Source: an uncultured delta proteobacterium
Lineage (GTDB): Bacteria; Myxococcota_A; Polyangia; Palsa-1104
NCBI GenBank assembly: GCA_963785725.1
Contig: CAWAWS010000002.1
Coordinates: forward strand, 128,001 to 192,000
Reading direction: 5' to 3'
Length of the DNA stretch: 64,000 nucleotides
The notes beneath the pieces were generated by a model that was given only the letters and a program-made list of their open reading frames with translations, did no database searches and had not been told where the DNA came from. This document shows positions 62,741 through 64,000 of the stretch, piece after piece. The position numbers were made by a program, and so were the translations under genes. Position 1 is the first letter of the stretch, and each line of letters begins with the position of its first letter.

Positions 62741-63909
62741 ATGGCGGACGCGACGACGATCGAGAATGGTGCCGGCGGCGGCAAATCGCGCTTCGCGACG
62801 GTGGGTGGCGTCGTGGCGCTGGCGGCGTTGGTGTATGGCGGCTATCGCTTGTGGCAGGCGCGGCAGCCGTACGAATGGAGCGGCACCGTCGAGGCCCGCA
62901 CGATCACCGTCGGCTCGCGCGCCGGCGGCCGCATCGCCAAGATCCTCGTGCGCGAAGGCGATCGCGTCAAAGGTGGGCAGGCGCTGCTCGAGCTCGAGCC
63001 CGGCGACATCATGGCGCAGCAGCTGCAGGCGCAGGGTCTCCTCGATCAATCGCAGGCCAACCTCGACAAGCTCGTCAAAGGCGCGCGGCCCGAAGAGATC
63101 GAAGAGGCCTCGGCGCGCGCCAAGACGGCGACGGCGGCGCTGGCCGAGACCAAGACGGGCGCGCGGCGCGAGCAGATCCTCGGCGCACAGGCGCGTTTGA
63201 AGGCGCAGTCGGTGGCGCTCGAGAAGGCCGAGCTCGACGCCAACCGCTACCGCCAGCTGTTCGCGCGCGGCGCGGCGGCGCGGGCCGAGCTGGACAACGT
63301 CGAGTCGGCACTGCAGTCGGCGCTGGCGACGCGCGACGCGCTCAAGCAGTCGCTCGAGGAGCTGACCAACGGCTCGCGCGCCGAAGACGTCGACCAGGCG
63401 ATGGCGCGCGCGGCCGAAGCGCGGGCGTCCGAGCGGCTCATCAAGGCCGGCTCGCGCGTCGAGGACATCAAGGCGGCGCGCGGCGAAGTGGAAGCGGCGC
63501 AAGGCAAGCTCGACGCCATCAAGACGCTGGTCGACGAGCTGATCGTCAAGGCGCCGCGCGACGCGCGCGTCGAGTCGCTCGACCTGCGCCCGGGCGATCT
63601 CTGGCGCCGAGCGCGGCGGCGGCGACGCTCTTGGAAGACGACCAGCTCTACGTGCGCATCTACGTGCCGGAGACGCTCATCGGCCATCTGCATCCGGGCG
63701 AGAAGGTGCCGGTCACCGTCGACAGCTTCCCGGGCAAGTCGTTCCAAGGCATCGTCGAGCACATCAACGCCGTCGGCGAATATTCGCCGCGCAACTTGCA
63801 GACCGCCGACGAGCGCGCCGACCAAGTGTTCGCCACCCGCGTCGGCCTGCGCGACGGCAAAGACGAGCTGCGCGCCGGCATGGCGGCGTTCATTCAGGTG
63901 GCCAAATGA
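62741..63909 (+). CDS. HlyD/YbhG-type membrane fusion protein (apparent 1-base deletion near 63601)
   Basis: SGTVEAR, VREGDRV, GARPEEI repeats; C-terminus YVPE...EYSPRNLQT...LRAGM in the second frame. Confidence 0.9.
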
Positions 63910-64000
63910 CCACCGCGGCGGTCCCGAGCTACGGTGACCATGCCATCGTCGTCGACCGGCTGACGCGCAAGTTCGGCGACTTCACGGCGCTCGACGAAGT
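63906..64000 (+). CDS. ABC transporter ATP-binding protein (5' fragment)
   Basis: AIVVDRLTRKFGDFTALDEV; ATGA overlap with the upstream stop. Confidence 0.8.
   Translation, partial: MTTAAVPSYGDHAIVVDRLTRKFGDFTALDE

Overview
A high-GC, gene-dense bacterial chromosomal window, most likely Myxococcota. The lineage call rests on the sigma54 activator, Ser/Thr kinase, Cys-rich lipoproteins, an M. xanthus-like minor-pilin cluster and an ACIII-caa3 operon. I see no rRNA, tRNA, CRISPR array or mobile element. The main blocks are: (i) metabolic genes including two lipoprotein GH13 amylases; (ii) a 4-His membrane protein next to a Tat tandem-Rieske lipoprotein; (iii) a solo PaaA-like di-iron protein coupled to peptide deformylase; (iv) an RpoH-like sigma factor plus NtrC-family activator behind a putative sigma54 promoter; (v) a signal-less HiPIP-like protein, a Ser/Thr kinase and a sensor-less two-component pair; (vi) pilX-tfcP-pilY1-pilV-pilW-fimU behind a putative sigma54 promoter; (vii) alternative complex III, SCO and an A2-type caa3 oxidase; (viii) uvrA lacking its insertion domain; (ix) a TetR-TolC-HlyD-ABC efflux operon with a duplicated operator. 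About a dozen genes have a TAnnnT -10 box 6-8 nt before the start codon, suggesting pervasive leaderless transcription. Five conserved genes carry single-base frameshifts that are probably sequencing or consensus errors. All assignments come from reading motifs by eye; no database searches were run.
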